Shown here: positions 38,661 to 52,695 of the stretch, in pieces | Layout: the number at the start of each line of letters is the position of its first letter | How positions within the stretch are numbered: the stretch's first letter is position 1 | NCBI GenBank assembly: GCA_963514005.1 | Contig: OY740806.1 | Coordinates: 34,782,001-34,846,000, forward strand | Direction: 5' to 3' | DNA length: 64,000 nucleotides | Origin: Raja brachyura | Taxonomy: Eukaryota | Position numbers and translations under genes: made by a program | Notes under the pieces: generated by a model | Told to the model about the DNA's origin: nothing | The model's database searches: none | The model's input: the letters and a program-made list of their open reading frames with translations, nothing else

Positions 38661-40440
38661 CCTTTAATGAAGGCAGCCATTCTTAAACAAAATAGTAGTC
38701 TTGTTCAGCATGCTGGCTTATACCATCCGGTGTATTCAGTTCTTAAAGGGCTACTCATGCTCACAATGTTCTTAAATAAGGTCTTGTATTTCTGTATTGG
38801 CTTTCTAAACTTGACATTGCAAAAAAAACCTTACATTCAAACAGTTCCATCCAACCACTGTTTTGATATAATAAATCTATTAAGCAGATTGTACACACCC
38901 GGTTCCCTCAAACAGTACTGAGATGAATAACCAAACAATCTGTGTCCAATATTAATGCTGCAGAGAAGCACATTGACCAGGAGCTGTGAAGTATCTTTAG
39001 CAACCACCTGAGGGCAGATGGAAGTTTTGGTTTAGGTTTCATCTGTATGATCGCAGCTCTGTGTGTCGAGTGTATCACCCATGATTCTGTACTCACACTG
39101 GGAAAGGATAAGAGCAGGGAAAGGCATTTGGTCCTTCAGACCTGCCCCGCTGTTTCATATGATCATGGCTGATCTATGCTGGCCTCAACTTTCTCCATAT
39201 TCATGTTTCCCACCATCTATTAAATACTTATCGACCTCCTCTTTAAATACCTGGTTAAAGTATGAGGGTTCCAGCTTCCACCACCCACCATGGCAGAGAA
39301 TCCCAGAGATTCACCCCCCTCCGCTGAGCTTTCTACTCTAGTCCGAGGTGCAGGAGTGCAGAGGTAGAAACCCAGGCCGATGGTTTTTTTTGGTGCCAAT
39401 AACCCAGGAGTCCTGTTTGGGTCGGAGTTGTCCGATATCTTAACTCCAATTCCTCAGGCCTCAGCTGTACATTGAAAATCAGGGAAAAGACCCCAGATGC
39501 TGGAAGTTTAAATAAAAGCAGAAAATGCTGGAAAATGCCCAGCTGCTTTCTAGCCCTGCGTGGTTTTTGCCTGCAATTCCTGTTGCCATCTTAGCTGTTT
39601 ATTGTTTTATTCTATCTGAGCGAATCTGCCGTCAACTTTGAGATATTTAATATTATAAGCTGGCAGTGATTGACGAAGGGAGAAGTCACACATACCACAA
39701 TATCACCACAGGAGAAGGAATGTGTTTAGAACGCAGCAGGCCTTCCCGGCACAGGCTACGTTTTGGCCAAATTTATCCTGAAATGATGGCAATGGCCCTT
39801 TAATATACATCCCTTACTCAAGCAAGACAGGAAGTGATTCAGTGCCCAGAAATGATTGAATTCTCCTTAAAGAGGAAAAGGAAGAGGAAGCTGGTGTTAG
39901 CAGAACAACTATTTTATAAAAGAAATGTGTTTGTGTAGAAGTGACTCAGACTGGAGTTAATGTCAGCCTCCTACACAGCCATGGGTCATTGCAGCACCTC
40001 ACAATTTTTCCCAGATTTGTGTGGTTTTCAAATTTAAGATATGTTTGTTTTGTTTCCAAATATTCCACACACCCCCCTAAGGCTTTGTGCCTCAGGGGGA
40101 TTCTGTTCCTGGAGGCATAGATTGGCAAGACACAGTTACTCATATCACAGATCGTTAGGAGGGCACGGTTCCTCATTACACTCACAACTGGACTCGAGTT
40201 TCTGAAGCTAGAGTGTGCTGAGTTATAACCCCTGATTGCACAGGGTATTAGAGTACAGTACCTAAAGGTACAGTGTGCTGCATTACAGCCATAATAATAA
40301 TTATAATAAACTATATTTCGGACTCAAGCGCCAGGCAAGGGACAACATTACATAAAAATTACATTGCATATAAAACATCATAAAATACATATAAAATCTT
40401 AGTATATCACTTATAAAAGCATCATAAAATATATAGGGTT

Positions 40441-40530
40441 ACACAAAAAGCTGGAGAAACTCAGCGGGTGCAGCAGCATCTAAGGAGTGAAGGAGATAGG
40501 CGACGTTTCGGGTCGAGACCCTTCTTCAGT
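40441..40530 (-). mobile_element. Penelope terminal repeat with intact hammerhead-like core (40502-40529)
   Basis: The - strand reads CTGAAGAAGGGTCTCGACCCGAAACGTC; TSD-like TAAAATATATA on both sides. Confidence 0.75.
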
Positions 40531-41089
40531 AAAATATATATATATTTTAAAAAACCACAATACATGAATTAAAATCGAGAATAAAAAAGAATGATCAATG
40601 TCCTACAACGAGACAACGATACCAGTGTCTCCGCAACTGGGATTCGTAGCGTGTAGTGCTAAACTTTCAGTACCGTTCCCATAGGTTCCTTACACCATCT
40701 AGTCTCCAAGTCAGTTTTTGCCTCCGAACAGAATTGTGAATGACCTTCGGCATGGGCAAGTTGGGTTACCGCGCCTGTTTTTTGTTCTGTGTAACACCAT
40801 GACTCAAAGACTCCTGACTTCTTTAGCAAGGTTAGAGGACGCTATTTAAATCCAAGTTGTTGTAGCTGTAAGATGTACTTCTTTGCATCATTTCCTCTTT
40901 TTTTCAAAGGTTCTGTCATGCAAGTCAGCAGCTGATTCCAGCGTGCAAATTGAAGGCATCACTGGTTCTACTAATTATAAATCAGAGGGAAAAATAGAAA
41001 GATCAGAATCACCAGAGGACCCTGACTAGATGGTTTCCATCCTTAAACCCGTTTCAACATTAAGTGGCATCATGACTGTTTTGTAGTCT

Positions 41090-41780
41090 TACTCTCTAAT
41101 CCCACATTTGCTCCAAATCCTTTAACTTATTTTATTAACAAAAGTATGTCAATCTCAAATTGTAACCTGGCAATTAAATGCAAACACTTGTGGAAACGAG
41201 CTCTAAATGTATTCTTCCCACTGCGTTTGGGTATTTTCTAACCTCTCCTGAAAACTCTAACGCTAATTATTAGCCAATGCTCACCAGGTTCAGATTCCAG
41301 AATCAATGGAACGTTTTCTTCTAGTTCAACTCTATCAGTTGCCATTAATATCAGGACAACCTCAATTAAATGACCCTTAACCTGAATTCCAGAGATACAA
41401 ATGTAATTTGTGTAATGTCTCTTGGCAACTTAATTCTTGGGATCTATTCGAGAAAATACATGGTGCATTCTTGAGGCCAAGGTGCCCAAACTGTTTTTGA
41501 TACTCCAAGTAGTCAAATTAGGTTTAGTGTGGCTGAAGCATCTCTTCTATTCACTTGTATTCTGGACCTATTGATATAAATCCAACATATCATTAGTTTT
41601 TTGAAATTCCCATGACCATGAGATTTCAAGACCAAAAATGACTTGGTCTCTTTGAACCTCTCCTGCTCCGTCATTCAGAAAGGACTTTGTTGTGTCCTTT
41701 TCAGATCTAAAGAGGATGATCTCATGTTTGGTTAAATTGAAACCATTTACCACAGTTTTGCCCACTCACTTCCTCCACTG
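41090..41780 (-). mobile_element. Old CR1 LINE fragment
   Basis: Degenerate CR1 ORF2 C-terminal region (VQRD., QFG.LGLK motifs). Confidence 0.45.
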
Positions 41781-42129
41781 GTGCATGATTTACTGCCACC
41801 CACCAGCTCTCTGATGATTTACGTGGTGTGTAAAGGACTGCAGTTTATTGGCTCTGTCAACGTCAACAGTCAGCCATTTTTAAACAGCAAGGCCTTGCGT
41901 GGTGTCGAGACCTTGTCTGACATTATTGCCTCAATTGGTCAGGAACCAACCAGATGAAAGGAACTTAGATGACAGGCAAGAAACGCATCCCTGGCATTTG
42001 GAGACATTAAAAAACTTTCATAAACTATTAAAAAGCTATGAAACGATCAAATCGTTGTCACACTTTTAAATTCAAATCTTGAAACTATTACTTCAGAAAT
42101 CTTTTGCTTCACAGCAGTAAAAACTGTGA

Positions 42130-42490
42130 TTTTTAGACCTTCAGAGGGGAAGTTACAGAGCTCAGAGCTACAGAGTACCGAAGAAGTGCTAAGCTGTCAG
42201 AGATGCTGCATTGCATATGAAGCATTAAACCTTCTCAAACTTCTGTACACGTTGTATGGCCCTATTCTGAAGAGAGCAGGGAAGATCTTCCTGGTGCCCC
42301 GGCCAATATATATCTCTCAGTGAATATTAATATAATTATGAAGTTGCTGCTTACAGGACTTTGCTGCGCCCAGAACGGGCATCGTTTTCCATTTGTTATA
42401 ACCGTGACAATACTACAATGGTATTTTATTGAATGTAAAACACTTCAGATTGCCAGAGTCGGGGAAGTTGTATAAAGTTGAATTCTTTCC
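42130..42490 (+). mobile_element. Deu-domain SINE, old
   Basis: TCCTGGTGCCCCGGCCAATATATATCTCTCA..TTGCTGCGC..TGTAAAACACTT. Confidence 0.55.
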
Positions 42491-43879
42491 GTAAACTATT
42501 TGGTTAGAAAATCATCCAAGTCCGATAATGCTTTATTGATCTGCTTTCTAGTGTTGCATTGAATAATACTGAAAAAAATGGTTTGATCCACAGATTTAAT
42601 CTGGTTTAACCAGAGGAAGCTATGCATGCAATTATTTTTCAGTTTCATTCATAGGATACGACCACTTGATCAAATTGGTCAAATTTCTTATGAATAACTT
42701 CTCCAATTTACTCTCATCGTTTATTTTCTACGTTGTGGTGGAACAGCTATTTCTCTTCTTCGTGCAAGGGGGCCTGAGGATTCAAATCCCAGAGGTTTCT
42801 GCATTGATTGTGCTGCAGTTAATGTAACAGCTCGTTCAGTTTATTGTTCCGATGGCTCGTGAGTGAAGAGAATGTTTAATGGCTCATTGGCAGCAGAGAT
42901 TTTACTCCAATTAAACAGGCTCAGGCAATAGAGAAAAAAAAGCAAAATAAATAAATTCTTTAACGCTTGGCTGGAGCTTCAGGAAAAATGATTTGAATGC
43001 ATTAGTCATCTTGCAACATGAACCCCTTGCAACCAAACCGCTGTGCCCCGTGGCGTTTGTAGGTAAGGAAATGGGAGGTCAGGGTTGCTCTTCAAACCAA
43101 ATAGCCCAGCTTATCAAACTCAACATTTTTGGAGCTTTTGTATTTCAGCTGGGTTTTTTCCAAACTGAATTAACAAGTCTGTAATTAGCAAATTAAAGCA
43201 TTGCAGATTTTGTTTGAGTTCCAATAATGGGTGTTCGGGCTGGAGTTTGCGTTTTCTTTGGGCCCTGTGGTCTGCTCCTGATTGAGCAGCCGATGGTGTT
43301 CTGGCATTGTGTGCCGGGCAATGGATTCGAGGCGACAATTCCTTTTCACTTGCAAATGCCCCTCGAGCCAGTAACCTTCTCCATCAGTGTCTTTTTAGAT
43401 TGTGACCATGAAATTCTGTGCCATACCTTGTAGGTTATAGAGGTTTCCATGCCATAACCCCATAACCTACAAGGTTTTGGACTGAGAACTGGAAAGCGCA
43501 TCAGTCTCAATAGCCCTTTTGTAGCCAATGTGGATACAAATATCCCTCTGTGCCATAAATTTTTAACATTTCACCACTCAAGATTCCATGACTCTAAACA
43601 TTAAGTACAGGCAAACAAATAAAACAGGTCTGGTGCCCGTGCATTGACTTCCACACAAGGCTTCAAGTTCAGTAGAGAAGTTCTTGAACCATACAGCGTG
43701 GGAATCAACTCAGCAAACTCTGCCTATGCTGGTTGCATATTCTTGTACTGGTTACATTAACTCTATGTCTGTGACGACTTACTTTTCTGTTGTTGGAAAC
43801 AGTTTTTGTTGTCAAAGCCCTTCATAACTTTGAAGACTATTAGATCTCTTCTTCATATCAACTTTTCTTAAGAGAATTT

Positions 43880-44322
43880 TAGAGAGAGGTTGAGCAGACT
43901 AGGACTTTATTCCTTGGGGCGCAGGAGGATGAGGGGTGATAATATAGAGATGTACATGATAATGAGAGGAATATGTAGGGTAAATGTGCAGAGTCTTTCA
44001 CCAGAGTGGGGGAATCGAGAATAGGAGGACATAGGTTTAAGGTGAGGAAGGTGGTGGGGGGGGGGGGGGGAATTTAATAGGATCTGAGGGCCAACTTTTT
44101 AACACAAAGGGAGGTAAGTGTATGGAACAAACTGCTGGAGGAGTTAGTTGAGGCAGGTACTATCACAGTGTTTAAGAAACATTTAGACAGATATATTGAA
44201 TAGGAGAGATTTAATGGGATATGGGCCAATTGCAGGCAGGTGGGACGGGACGTGTAGATGGGACATGTTGGCCGGCGCGGGCAAGTTAGGCTGAAAGGCC
44301 TGTTTTCACGCTGTATCACTAT
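43880..44322 (+). mobile_element. CR1 LINE 3' fragment
   Basis: ERLSRLGLYSLGRRRMRGDNIEMYMIMRG.. and CR1 tail. Confidence 0.8.
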
Positions 44323-46257
44323 GAGAATAAGTCCTCCATCATCAGCCTCTCTGTGTTTCTGAAATCCATCACCCCAGAATTCCCCCGTAACCTTTACAGA
44401 TGCCTTATCTAACCCCTTGCACCCCTCCAGACATTTAGTGCCCACAATTGAACACAATGGGACCTAACTAGGGATATTTAAAGATCTGGTGTAATAAAGC
44501 AATGGAAGAAGAGAGGGAAATCATCAAATCCTGGCTTCAGAAAAACAAATAGAGCAAAGGTATTGGAAGATTTCATTTGCACGAGTAAGGTTGACTCGTT
44601 TTCCACAGAATTAGCCACTGCTGACCCTTCACCGACGTTGAGAAAAAGCCACCATTGATGAGTGAGTCTGTAATCTTGTGGCTTTGGAGGAGAACACACA
44701 GCAGATTGTTCTAAGCTGAAACCGAACACCAGGAGAATTTGCACAAATACTAGGAATACAATTAAAGCAAAACATTGAGTGAAATGTTCAAAGATAATTG
44801 TACTTCAAATTGACTGCAATTGTTTTTTTCATAATCGTTGTGAAATAAGCTGACCATAGAAACCATTCTTCATTGAGTAAAAATTTATTTTTCAATATTT
44901 TGGGCCTGATGACCAAATGATTAATCATATCTTGCGTGTGACTCATGCTTTTGCTTTTCCCCTTCTGTTCTTGCTCAACCCTTCCTGCTTCAACATTGTT
45001 TCCATCTTTCTCTGTGCCATAGCTTTAATTTCTTCTTAAAGCCAAGCCCAGTCAGTGCCATCTCATCCCTCTACCTTCTGGTTGCTGATCAGAAAATGCA
45101 GATTTAATTTATTGGTGAAAGGGCCCAAGGAGACGGGTTTATTGTAAGGCTAGTGGAAGTGGGATCAATGTAAGCGCATTGGATGTGAGAGAGGTCAAGG
45201 GCTGTGGTACCTATTGAATTGTTCGTTCAAAGTGCTACCCCACAGATACAACGCACCAAATCACCTCCATCATTGCTATCTTCACTGATAATATGATTCT
45301 TCTCTCCCAACTTTTCTATCCCAATCCATTCATCTGTCCCAATCAGCTGTTTTCCATTCTCACCTCATTCATCCTTTCTTCCCAGAAAGATGTAGCACAG
45401 AGGGGAGAATAAAATCATCTAATAATCTTGTAAATATGTGGAATAATAATGAACTATCGTGAAAGGGTGGTCGATGGTCCCTGTGGATTCAGTGCGTTGA
45501 AGGGCCCATTTCCGTGCGATATCCCCAAAACCAACCTGAATTAAACCACTGGATAAATACCATACCGCAGGACAAATCTTTGCACTGACACAGATTCTTT
45601 GAAATAGTGTACAGGTCATCTCAGGGACTTGTCGGTATGGTCTAGAGTCATGTGGAAAACCCTAGCAAAACCCAAACCCAGCATCAGTGAGTAGATTATA
45701 TACAACAAAGAGACGTTGGAAAGACTTCAAAGCTTATGTTTTGCAAAGTCAGAGTGTTGCAAGTCCTTTATAACCCACAAAGTACATTTTGAATTAGATT
45801 TATTGTTGTAAAAGAGGAAACGAATCAGACAATTTGCAGCAAGCTCCCAGAAACATAAATGGAGTCATTATCAATTAACTATTTTTTATGATGTTGGTTG
45901 GAGAATACATATTGATTAGAACATGAGGAAAAACTCCTTGTAATTTAGAATGAAAAAGAATAGAAGCAGGGGAAGGCCCCTGAAGCCTTTCTAATATTCA
46001 ATATGACTTTTGCTTAACTGCGATTCTCTTCACATTCCCACTTAATTCGCATTGGTGTCCAAAAAACAGTTGTTCCTTGCCTTGAATCTACTCAATGACC
46101 AGCATCCATGGTCCTCTGGAGTACAGCTTTAACACAATTCACCCCTCTCAGGTTAAATAGGTTTCGTACCACAGACATAATGGCCAGACTCTTTACCTTA
46201 GACCGAAGCCCAAGGTTCTTCACAATAATGCCTTGGCATCTATAACCTGTGAAGACC

Positions 46258-46383
46258 ATCTGAGGAAGGGTCTTGACCCGAAGCATCACCCATCCCTTCT
46301 CTCCAGAGATGCTGCCTGTCCCGCTGAGTTACTTCAGCATTTTGTGTCCATCTTCGGTGTAAACCAGCATCTGCAGTTCCTTC
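46258..46383 (+). mobile_element. Penelope terminal repeat with tail
   Basis: Family consensus. Confidence 0.75.
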
Positions 46384-47272
46384 TGACTCGAGACAAGGAG
46401 AATATTGGACTGTGTGGAAGACTGCAAGTAGTGCAGAAGCAGTGTTCTGGAAATGAAGCATCTGCAATGAGTGGGAGGGAGGGGAACGTTTCTGTGATCT
46501 AACACCAACCGCACATTCCGGTGGTTGGGACTGAATAGGCAAGAGTGTGTGTAGTAAATGTAGGGAGGAGGGAGGAAGAGTTAGTGGGGGGAGGGGGGGG
46601 GGGGGTACATGATCTGAAGAGAAATACTGTAAAGGACTAAAACCCTCCTGCCCTATCAGCAGTGAGGGAAGTAAGAAAATCGAGAAGATAAACAGCCAAT
46701 TGTTTCAGAAGAATAGTGTGGTGAATGCTTTCCCACTTTGATCTCATCTTCCGAGATTGGAATTCATGGAAAATGTCCCCCAGACACCAATTCATATACC
46801 ATGCACTTTTTACATGAGCTTTGTGTAACCATGAATGCAGTCACTAATCCTGAAGGTGCCACAATTCTGGCTGCTCTTGGTAACAGACAGTTGGTGTCAG
46901 CTTTGTATTCCCTTCAATTTTTGCTAACATTAAAGAATAGACTTTGGTGATGGGGGGGGGGGGGGAGGGGTTGGGGGCAAGGGGGGGGGGGGGGGGCGTT
47001 TAACTCTCACATTGGATAAACTCAGCTTTTCTTTCTATCTTTCAGTTTATCTCTTCCCCTGTCGTGCCTGCAGCTGCTGCCACCCTCTGCTCTGAAAATC
47101 CCTACTTAAACTTTTCTGTTTCCCTGCCGCTCCAACTCACTCCTTAAACCCGGCCCCTTTGATCAAACTTTTGATCATCTGCCCTATGTAATTCGGTGTA
47201 AAGGTTTGTCAGATTCGGTTGCTGTGAAGTGCCTTGTGGAATTTTTACACTGTTAAAGTCTCGCAAAAATGT

Positions 47273-47950
47273 GTGTTTAAGAAAGAACTGCAGATGCTGG
47301 AAAAATCGAAGGTAGACAAAAATGCTGGAGAAATTCAGCGGGTGAGGCAGCATCTATGGAGCGAAGGAATAGGTGACGTTTTGTGTCGTGACCCTTCTTC
47401 AGACTGATGTGTGTTGTTATTTAAAAGCGTACTGGTTTCTCTTGATATGTGGCATCTCACCCTCATTCCAAGAGAACTGGGCAGTGACCTGTGGCAGAGG
47501 ACAAAAGATCAATAATATTTCCAGGTTAATCAATAGCGGTCATGAATGGGAGTTGGGATATTTTTTTATTATGCCCTTTGGCTCAGTGATACTGAAATTA
47601 ATGTCTAAATCCCCAAACTCCTGGTAATCTCAGAAATCAAATTTGGCCCAAGGCGTGGATCCGCACAGAGCATTCATTCATTGACCATGCCTGAAAATGG
47701 CCTCTCCTCTCCTGGAGAAGCCATTTTGCTGCCTGTTAGAAAATCCTTTAAAAAGCAAAAAGAAATTGAATGGAATTCCATCCTTTGTTGCATTATTCCA
47801 TTACTGATACCATTATCTTTTAAGATAGACACAAAATGCTGGAGTGGCTCAGCGGGACAGGCAGCAACTCTGGATAGAAGAAATGGGCGACATTTTGGAT
47901 CGAGACCCTTCTTCAGACTGACGTTTCTGGTCGAGCCCCTTCTTCAGACC
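47273..47950 (-). mobile_element. Two Penelope terminal repeats (47273-47408; 47822-47950, the latter with a tandem duplication of the ribozyme-like core)
   Basis: Family consensus; TSD ACCATTATC around the second. Confidence 0.75.
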
Positions 47951-47997
47951 ATTATCATTCAGCCCTTTATGGAGGCTGATTTTAATTTCTGTCTGTT

Positions 47998-48312
47998 GAG
48001 TTTAGTTTAGAGATTCAGCATGGAAACTGGTTCTTCAGTCCACCAAGTCACGCTGACCATCGATCACCCGTTCTAACCAGCTCTATGTTATCCCACTTCC
48101 CCACACATTAGGGGCAATTTTACAGAGGACAATTGACCTACAAACCTGCACCTCTTTGGGATGTAGGCCGAAACCAGAGCACCTGGAGGAAACCCACCTG
48201 GTCACAGGGGGGAACATGTAAATTCCACACAGGTAGTACCCGAGGTCAGAATCGAACCGAGTCTCTGTCATTGTGTGGTAGCAGCTTTACCAGCTGCGCC
48301 ACAGTGCCGCCT
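47998..48312 (-). mobile_element. HE1-like V-SINE
   Basis: tRNA head GGCGGCACTGTGGCGCAGCTGGTAAAG..GGTTCGATTC, V-domain and CR1 tail. Confidence 0.8.
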
Positions 48313-48699
48313 ACAAATGACACAATGCTGGTTAATGCGGCACTGTAATGAAACCGTCCCTGAATTACCAGGGCTATGCGTGTTTTGTGTTGGACTTTCA
48401 TAATACTTGTGATTTGCACAGTCAAATGAATTAACACGAAAAATGAAGATGATAGTTTCCAGCTCTTTTCTGCTTGGATTTTGGAAGATCGTACAGGTCA
48501 GGGGGAGACAAAAGAAACACAGAATCATTTCTCCATTTGTCCGTGCTGAACATTCTAACTCCTGTGGATTTTGTAATTGATTATTTATCACCAGGAAATG
48601 AAAGTTCCTGCAAGTTATTCATTGGTATCTGTCAGAATGAAGCAAGCGGGTATCAAATGGGAAAACGAGCATTTCCATAGCTTTAGAATGTGTCAAAGT

Positions 48700-49010
48700 G
48701 TTTAACAGGCAATGAAGCACTTTTGAAGTATGGTCAATATTGTATCGTAGGAAATGTGATTGTCTGTTTGCACAAAGCAAGATTCCACAATAAGTGGTGG
48801 AATAAATGAGCCAGGGCATCTTGCTTGAGAGGTAAATGCAAAGTAGAACTCTTGGGGACTTTGTGGTGTGGCATCCTTTACACCACCAGTATAGCATGAA
48901 AAGTCAAGGCTTAACACTCCACCTAAATTATGAACTGGGCTTCCCTCCAAATCTCTTCATCAATGTGGTGAAGTGTCAGATGGGATCATATGCTGACTTG
49001 CTGACCTTTC
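48700..49010 (-). mobile_element. Deu-domain SINE, old
   Basis: CAATGAAGCACTTTTGAAGT..TTTGCACAAAGCAAGATTCCACAA is the reverse complement of the Deu core. Confidence 0.6.
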
Positions 49011-49914
49011 TGACTTAGGCTGGAGTGTTGAAGGTGTGAAGAATCTCAACGCAACCTGACCCTTCCATTTGGCCATGGATACTATGCATGATTACTCCAT
49101 CTAGGGCAAGGAGGGGGACAGCAAAAAGGTACTGGGACTCATCATTAATTACAGCGCTTTCATTGTTTCCTCCTCTCCCAAATGCACTGTTTGTTTTGCA
49201 GGTAATGAGAACTCCAGGAGAATCGCCACTCTCTCATGAGGGTCTGTGACAGTAGCACGAGTTAGCTCGTGAAGTAGATATGAGCCCTGTTCTCTGTCCT
49301 ACCTGAAATGGGGGAAAGTAGGAATGGTCGTCATTTCAAATTTGTAATTTTCCAAGTTTTTTTTAAGATGAAAAGTTACATTTTAGGAAGAAATAAAGCA
49401 AGTGTAGATTGCATTATAAAAGTCTTTTATCGCAGTAAACATACCAAATAACTTAATTGGGGTGTATTTCAGCAATAGTTTGACCTGTACGCCATATGGA
49501 CGGGGAAAAAGTTAACCCAGAAGGTAGTTTTTCTTGGGGGCACCTTAAATGAGGTGAAAGACAGAGATGTTGAGGCAGCTTTCTCGAAGTGCTGGGCGAG
49601 GCTTGATGGATTGAATGGGCTCCAGCTAAGTAGTGAGGGTCTACCATGTGCACAGGTTGTCATGGAGACGTGCGTCAAGAATGGCACCATCAGATTCTAT
49701 GTCTATGAGGAGACTTTACAGAGTTAACCTGCCAAGCTCTTAGAAATTGTTGCACTAAATTGGACAACAAAGAGCTGACACCGTGTTAGAATTGGCAAAT
49801 GTGCATGGATCAACCACAACCTTTTATTGGGTATTGCTTCCAAATGCAAGATATAGGTGAATTACCTTTCATTGGACCGACATCCACAGGCCTCATGAAC
49901 GAAGGGCAGATTCT

Positions 49915-50570
49915 TTTTTCTTTTTATGTATTAGAAGCAAATGTACAAAAATAGAACCAAGGGCATGTAAAATTATACAGTTATTGTTCAGCTTCAATTT
50001 TAACGTTTTAGCTTTGAATTAGAGGAAAAGAAAGGAGAAAAAGTGAGATGTGCAAAGATAGAACCCCTAGACTACCAAAGTAGTGTTGCCAAAGAGTGAA
50101 TAAAAGAAAGAAAGAAGAGAGGAACAGAAAAAAAAATAAAAGGACAAAAAGAGAAAGAGAGAAAAAAGTGGTGATAGACCTGCCTCTCATCCCTCCCCAC
50201 CCACCTCACCCAACCCGCAATTAGATTTCAATCCAAAGTTGTGTTGTGCCATACTGTCCTTGTAATAAATCAATGAATGGTGTCCATGCCTTGGAAAAAT
50301 GATCTGGTTTTTCTGCCAAGACAAGTCTAATATTTTCAAGATGTAGTGTCTTGGACATGTTTGTAATCCACATCTTAAGGGTATGTTTCCTGATGTATGT
50401 TTCCAAAATTTAAGTATTCGTTTTTTCGCCATTATCAGGCCATAATTAAGGACACGACTTTGGAATAGTGATAGCTCAGAACAGGCTTCTGAAGTACCAA
50501 GGGTGATCAGTTCCGTGTCGGGAACCAATTTTATTTTTAGTGTTTTTGAAAAAAATTCAAAAATTGATTC
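49915..50570 (-). mobile_element. L1-clade LINE 3' end (frameshifted ORF2 C-terminus plus 3' UTR)
   Basis: LIMAKKRILKFWK / LKMWITNMSKTLHLENIR..FSKAWTPFIDLL, typical of fish L1 ORF2 ends; T-rich UTR and A-tail on -. Confidence 0.7.
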
Positions 50571-51399
50571 TTGCCCAATTTACAATGACTGGTGGTGTGG
50601 TTGGGCCGAAGGGCCTGTTTCCACACTGTAGGACTCTATGACTCAGCTGAGGGGTCTGAGATGAGGTACTAGATCTCAAACTAGGGCATATTACAATCAT
50701 TTCTGGATGACTATCTTTCTGGTTGTCTTTTGAACACAGCCCAGCAACCTAGCAATGGGCACAACAAGGTCCAGTCTTGTTCTACTCCTTCACTGCTCAC
50801 ACAGATACTTGAGATGGAGGAACATCATTGGAAATCTCATTCTCTGCCCCCATAATTCGATCTGTAGCTCTTCATGTCCAGAAACATTGTCATAAACCAA
50901 TATAGCACATTAGGGAGGTTCTGGAGTGCTTTTTCAGTGCATTAAACCAGACCAGATGGATTCTGGGAGGGCACTAATCCAGCTTTTGGATTCTGCAACT
51001 GCTTTTAATCATAGCTTCATGAGTACAGTTTGCGGTATTGTTCAATCTTTTTGATCAAGTCCCACTCTGGTGAACGGAACCGGAAAGAATTCCGGAGGCC
51101 GTGAAGATGAGAGATATTCGATGCCATCTCCACACCTCTCCTCCGATCCATTAATGAAACCATCATTGTGTCATTGTGGCTCAGTGGGCCATACTTCCTC
51201 TTCAAATTGAGACGGTTTGGGGTTGAAGTCACACTATAGAAACTTGAGCACATAACACGAGGTTAACATTCCCAGTGCAGTGCATTAACCTGTAGAAGTG
51301 TGAATCCTCATTTCATTCTTTAAAATGCCTGAAGAAGGATCCACGTTGGATGTTTAAGGCCTAAACTAACAATTAAGCAAGTCACACATGGAATATAAA

Positions 51400-52695
51400 A
51401 CAGTACACATTGGATCTATGTGTCTACCATTCGGTCTATGATACCTGTGCCAAACACCATGCCTAATTAAACTAATACCTTCTGCCTGCTCGTGGTCTAT
51501 ACCCCTTCATTCCCTGCATATTCAAGTGCCGGCCCCTTAAAACACCACTATCGTATCTGCTTCCACCCCCACCCTTGGCAAAGTGCCCAAGCATCACCAT
51601 CCACCAAACAAAGCATTTGCCACCGCACATCTGTAAATGTTCCCCCCGACATTAAAACGATGCCCTCGAGCCTTTGACATTTTCACCCTGGGGAAAGGGC
51701 TCTGACTGTCAATGTCTCACTTACTTTTATTATTCTTCTATCAGGTGTCCCCTCATCCTCCAATGCTCTCGAGAAAACAGTCCAAATTTGTCCAACCTCG
51801 ACATATAGTTAATGCCCTCTAATCCAGGCAGCATCCTGGTAAATAACGACTGCACCCTCTCCAATACCTCCACATCCTTTCTGTAACGGGATGACCAGAA
51901 TTGCATGCAATGCTGCATAAGTTTTATGAAAATGTAATGTGACTTCCTAACACTTCTAATCGATGTCTTGAATGATGAAGCCAAATATACATATGTTTAA
52001 GAAAGAACTGCAGATGCTGGAAAAATCGAAGGTAGACAAAAAATGCTGGAGAAACTCAGCGGGTGAGGCAGCATCTATGGAGCGAAGGAAATAGGTGACG
52101 TTTCGGGTCGAGACCTTGAAGGAATAGGTGACGTTTCGGGTCGAGATCCGTCACCTATTCCTTCGCTCCACAGATGCTGCCTCACCCGCTGAGTTTCTCC
52201 AGCATTGTTTGTCTACCTTCCAACTATACATATGCCTTCTTTACCATTCTACCTACTTGCGTTGCTATATTCGGGGAGCTATAAGCTTGGACTCCAAGAT
52301 CCCTTTGAATATCAAAGCTATTAAGGCTCTTGTTATGAACTGTCTACTTTTCCCCCCGGCAGTTCGCCTCCCAAATTGCAATACCTCACGCATGCTCAGA
52401 TTAAACTCCATCTGCCCTTTTGCCATCCACGCCAGTCACTGACCTATACGTACAAACTTACTAACCAACCATTTACATTTTTGTCTATAAGTCATTTATA
52501 AATAAATCACAAACAACAGATATCCCAGTACTGTTCTTTGCGGAACACCACTGGTCACAAACCTCCAACCAGAGTAACACCCTTTCACCACAATCCTCTG
52601 TCGTCAATGTACAAGCCAATTGTGAAACTAAACTACCAGCTCAATGTGCATCCTAAACATCTTAATCTTCTGGATCAGCCTCCCACGAGGGACTG
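51400..52695 (-). mobile_element. CR1 LINE fragment carrying a palindromic Penelope insert (51995-52220)
   Basis: QFWSSRYRKDVEVLERVQSLFTRMLPGLEGINYMSRLDKFGLFS..RGHLIE; insert TSD CCAA(A/C)TATACATATG at 51981-51995 and 52220-52234. Confidence 0.85.

Noticed and set aside
38172-38921. Longest ORF (249 aa)
   Set aside because: It is stitched from an antisense V-SINE, unique DNA and a Penelope repeat, with no protein-like signature.
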